Shown here piece after piece: positions 61,487 to 64,000 of a DNA stretch of 64,000 nt. The notes under the pieces were generated by a model. The model saw only the letters and a list, made by a program, of their open reading frames with translations. It ran no database searches and was not told where the DNA came from. The DNA lies in the NCBI GenBank assembly GCA_041664745.1, contig JBAYKD010000003.1, forward strand, positions 29,412 to 93,411, read 5' to 3'. Made by a program: the position numbers and the translations under genes. The stretch is from Minisyncoccota bacterium (GTDB taxonomy: Bacteria; Patescibacteriota; Minisyncoccia; Phycocordibacterales; UBA9973). The first letter of the stretch is position 1. Each line of letters starts with the position of its first letter.

Positions 61487-61825
61487 TTATTTTGTTTTAC
61501 CTGATTTCTGTAAATCTAATGCTTTTCTGATAGAATTCGCTTCTTTAATTTTACCTTCTTTGGCAAGCTTCCAAGCTTCGACAAATTTAGGGAAATTATC
61601 TTTCGTAATTAGCGGATCGATCATGCCTGTCTTGTTTATTACTAATTGTCTCCATGCTTCAAAATCAACATTGGTCATCACTTGATCAATTTGAGACTCA
61701 AATGACTGACTGTATCCTGGACTTTTTTTAGAAAAATCTTGGGCCGCAAAAGCTGTGCCAGATACTCCTAACCCTAAAGTCAAAGCTAGTAAACCACTCA
61801 TTATTAAAGTATTTCTGTTTTTCAT
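61487..61825 (-). CDS. Small secreted hypothetical protein
   Basis: 112 aa with a signal peptide ending in GTAFA-AQ and a helical mature part. Confidence 0.45.
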   Translation of the reverse strand: MKNRNTLIMSGLLALTLGLGVSGTAFAAQDFSKKSPGYSQSFESQIDQVMTNVDFEAWRQLVINKTGMIDPLITKDNFPKFVEAWKLAKEGKIKEANSIRKALDLQKSGKTK

Positions 61826-61930
61826 AATTTTAATGAACTATTTTGTTATGTATTCCAAAATAATCTTGATTTAAACTTGTAAGTGCAGGCTGTCACTTCC
61901 TACACCTATGATACGCGAAAGATTAACTTT

Positions 61931-62635
61931 TTATCTCACTTTTATTGACGTTACTTTCCAAGACCTTATCTCATTTGCATTAAAAATATTATTTATTCCG
62001 TTTTCGCCAACAATTTTAACATTTCTCCCTACTTCTATAAGAGTCTGACTACCAATAAAAGAATCCTTTGTATTTATAATCCAAACTAAACCATTAAAGT
62101 CTATGAGTTCTATCTCGCCATCTTTCACTTTAGTTATTGTTCCTGACAAAAGACCATCTTCTGGATGAGACCAAACTTCATATTTATTAAAAATAAAATT
62201 ACTGTAAGCTGGAGCATTATTTACTATATAATTTTCCATATATTCATCTATGCCAACTGAATAAAATATCGTACCAAAAATAATTGTTGATCCCATATAA
62301 ATACCAATGATCATTATAAAACCACGCCTGTGACCTAATGGAGTTTGTCTGTAATAATATTCGCCTAACATAGTGAATATGCCCAAAGAAACAAGCCAGA
62401 AATATGGAACAGTTCTCAAGATGAAATTAAAACCAAATTTATTATATAAATCCCAATCATTATTAAACAAAGCAGATAAAATAATGGAAAAAGTAAAAGC
62501 CCCAATAAATAAAGATAAAATAACTACGAACCAAAACAAGGCGCGTTTAATATTAAAAACCTTTCGTGGAATTGGCTTAATACCTTCCTCTCGAATCCTT
62601 TCAAATGCTATTTGGCTTATGTTTTTATTTTCCAT
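61931..62635 (-). CDS. Polytopic membrane protein, putative anti-sigma/sensor partner of the adjacent ECF sigma
   Basis: 234 aa. The start is 1 nt after the sigma gene stop. The C-terminal domain GLLSGTITKVKDGEIELIDFNG...VKIVGENGINNIFNANEIRSW is similar to the 49992..50435 and 54032..54550 C-termini. Confidence 0.4.
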   Translation of the reverse strand: MENKNISQIAFERIREEGIKPIPRKVFNIKRALFWFVVILSLFIGAFTFSIILSALFNNDWDLYNKFGFNFILRTVPYFWLVSLGIFTMLGEYYYRQTPLGHRRGFIMIIGIYMGSTIIFGTIFYSVGIDEYMENYIVNNAPAYSNFIFNKYEVWSHPEDGLLSGTITKVKDGEIELIDFNGLVWIINTKDSFIGSQTLIEVGRNVKIVGENGINNIFNANEIRSWKVTSIKVR

Positions 62636-62636
62636 A

Positions 62637-63224
62637 TCATTTATTAATTATTAATTTATCATACTCTTCCTTGAAAAGTTTCTTGCCCCTTAATATTAAA
62701 TTACCAATTGTAGAGACTGGCTTCTTCAAAATATCGGCAATCTCTGTATAATCTTTCTCATCAAGAAAACGTAAAACTAATACTTCGCGATATTTCTCGT
62801 CTAATTTGGAGAGAGCCTCGTCTATCATTTTCCTATCAAATGAATTATCCATATCTTTCGTCATGTCAAAAGAATCACCAAATCTCTCCAAATCTTCTAC
62901 TTCAAGGGCAATACTTGGGCGAATAGACTTTTTCCTTATCGCACTTACTGCCTCATTGTGAGCTATTCGATAAATCCAAGAAGAAAACTGAAGTTCTCTA
63001 TCAAAACCATTCAAATTATAATAAGTCTTGATAAAAACTTCTTGTAAAACATCCTCGGCGTCTTCGCGACTGAATTTGGAAATTCTCATAATGTATCTCA
63101 AAAGCTTTTCTTCATACCTTTTAGATAAAAATAAAAAATAATTAGGATCACTCAAGGATAATCCAACTAATTCTATATCTGTTTTTTCTATGTTTTTATT
63201 GTCAAAAAGATGGGTATCTGTCAT
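62637..63224 (-). CDS. ECF-type RNA polymerase sigma-70 family factor (second copy)
   Basis: Region 2 (DVLQEVFIKTYYNL...FSSWIYRIAHN) and region 4 (YTEIADILKKPVSTIGNLILRG). Confidence 0.85.
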   Translation of the reverse strand: MTDTHLFDNKNIEKTDIELVGLSLSDPNYFLFLSKRYEEKLLRYIMRISKFSREDAEDVLQEVFIKTYYNLNGFDRELQFSSWIYRIAHNEAVSAIRKKSIRPSIALEVEDLERFGDSFDMTKDMDNSFDRKMIDEALSKLDEKYREVLVLRFLDEKDYTEIADILKKPVSTIGNLILRGKKLFKEEYDKLIINK

Positions 63225-63264
63225 ATCCTGTTATTATAACCTTAATACGTAAAATAAGAGAAAT

Positions 63265-64000
63265 TTATCGCAAAAGCTTATATGAATTAATAATTTTATT
63301 GAAATCACTTTCTGTTAGATGTGAATCTCCTACTACAACCTCACGTAATGTCTTTCCGTCCGAAATAGACTTCTCCACTATTTGAGAGACTACGTCATAG
63401 CCAAGGTGAGGAACCAAAATAGTTGCGTAAGCAGTTGAGTTCTCAAGATGATATATACATCTTTCCTTATTAGCTTTAACCCCCTCTACACACAACTTAT
63501 TAAACTGACTTATCACTTCAGTCGTGAGCCTTATTGATTCTATTAATTTATCAATAATAATAGGCAACATTACTCCGAGCTCTAACTGTGAAGCTTCAAC
63601 GGCCTTCTCGATAGAAACATTATTCCCGGAAACCAAGTAATATAATTGATTGACTGTCTCGGGCATAATTGGGTTAACCTTGCCAGGCATTATAGAAGAT
63701 CCTTTTTGAAGTTCTGGTAAAGTTATCTCCCCTATTCCTCCGTTCGGACCAGAAGCCATAAATTTAAAATCATTGGCAATCTTAGACAAGTCAACAGAAA
63801 GAGAAACAATCACTTGGGAAATTATTAAAAAGTCAGTTTGTGAACTTGTCCTCGCCATTAGATTCTTCGCACGAGAAAATTTACCACCAGTAATTTTATT
63901 AAGCTCTTTATAAACTTCTTTTATATATATAGGGCTCGCATTCAATGAATCCCCTATAGCTGTCCCACCTAAATTCAGAATTTTTGATAAATCTTGTGCC
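63265..64000 (-). CDS. Aspartate ammonia-lyase / class II fumarase family protein, C-terminal part (gene runs off the right edge)
   Basis: Signature GSSIMPGKVNPIMPE; the VNPxxPE variant favours aspartase. The frame stays open to position 64000 (..LNLGGTAIGDSLNASP..), and the track start at 63945 is an internal TTG. Confidence 0.8.
   Translation of the reverse strand, partial: AQDLSKILNLGGTAIGDSLNASPIYIKEVYKELNKITGGKFSRAKNLMARTSSQTDFLIISQVIVSLSVDLSKIANDFKFMASGPNGGIGEITLPELQKGSSIMPGKVNPIMPETVNQLYYLVSGNNVSIEKAVEASQLELGVMLPIIIDKLIESIRLTTEVISQFNKLCVEGVKANKERCIYHLENSTAYATILVPHLGYDVVSQIVEKSISDGKTLREVVVGDSHLTESDFNKIINSYKLLR

Noticed and set aside
1-64000. Alternative genetic code (UGA recoding, as in Gracilibacteria/SR1).
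   Set aside because: Long uninterrupted ORFs are obtained with the standard code, and UGA is used as a genuine stop, for example in the folA ATGA overlap at 45266-45269.

Overview
This is an AT-rich, gene-dense window with about 60 genes, mostly on the minus strand. It reads like a streamlined Candidate Phyla Radiation / Patescibacteria (Parcubacteria-like) chromosome segment. That placement is inference from a short IF-2, small housekeeping genes, a membrane-anchored orphan substrate-binding protein and a giant surface protein. The genetic code is standard: UGA acts as a stop, for example in the folA/HIT ATGA overlap.

Content from left to right:
- parB (partial), tRNA-Tyr, clpB, a cysteine desulfurase, infB-rbfA, tRNA-Cys and tRNA-Leu.
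- A CDF transporter, secG, an orphan family-5 SBP, RNase J, an MFS transporter, a pseudouridine synthase and rpsF-ssb-rpsR.
- A roughly 8-kb tail-fibre-like surface gene, split into two reading frames.
- tatD, metG, an AI-2E permease, an M16 peptidase, glyQS, recO and ileS.
- A large non-coding gap, a Cys-rich protein, argS, and a thymidylate/folate cluster (dut, NUDIX, glyA, folA, HIT, thyA, dCMP deaminase).
- HtrA, a CPBP protease, a MacAB-like efflux operon under an ECF sigma/anti-sigma pair, and a PduO-type adenosyltransferase.
- Two small-gene cassettes, pyrD, a cupin, zwf-gnd-pgl, a second ECF module, and a partial aspartase-family gene.

No CRISPR array, rRNA gene, transposase or integrase was seen.

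Most interesting observations:
1. An orphan terminator-bounded RNA at about 38.5-38.8 kb carries a 20/22-nt copy of the 16S helix-18/530-loop.
2. ileS has a complete histidine-phosphatase (PGAM-like) domain inserted in its catalytic core. It is preceded by a T-box leader with an unusually short Stem I and by a 34-nt perfect palindrome.
3. A family of GC-rich hairpin/TIR elements occurs both intergenically and in frame inside genes (metG, the giant gene, and a different palindromic insertion in the cysteine desulfurase). This resembles Rickettsia palindromic elements.
4. The giant gene has the architecture HTH, TM, beta-helix, tail-fibre repeats, internal S74 autoprotease, FIVAR-like tail. It is interrupted by a 1-nt frame change and preceded by three related palindromic sites.
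5. A 556-aa Cys-rich protein is built from duplicated zinc-ribbon modules.

All family assignments come from reading motifs by eye. No database search was run.
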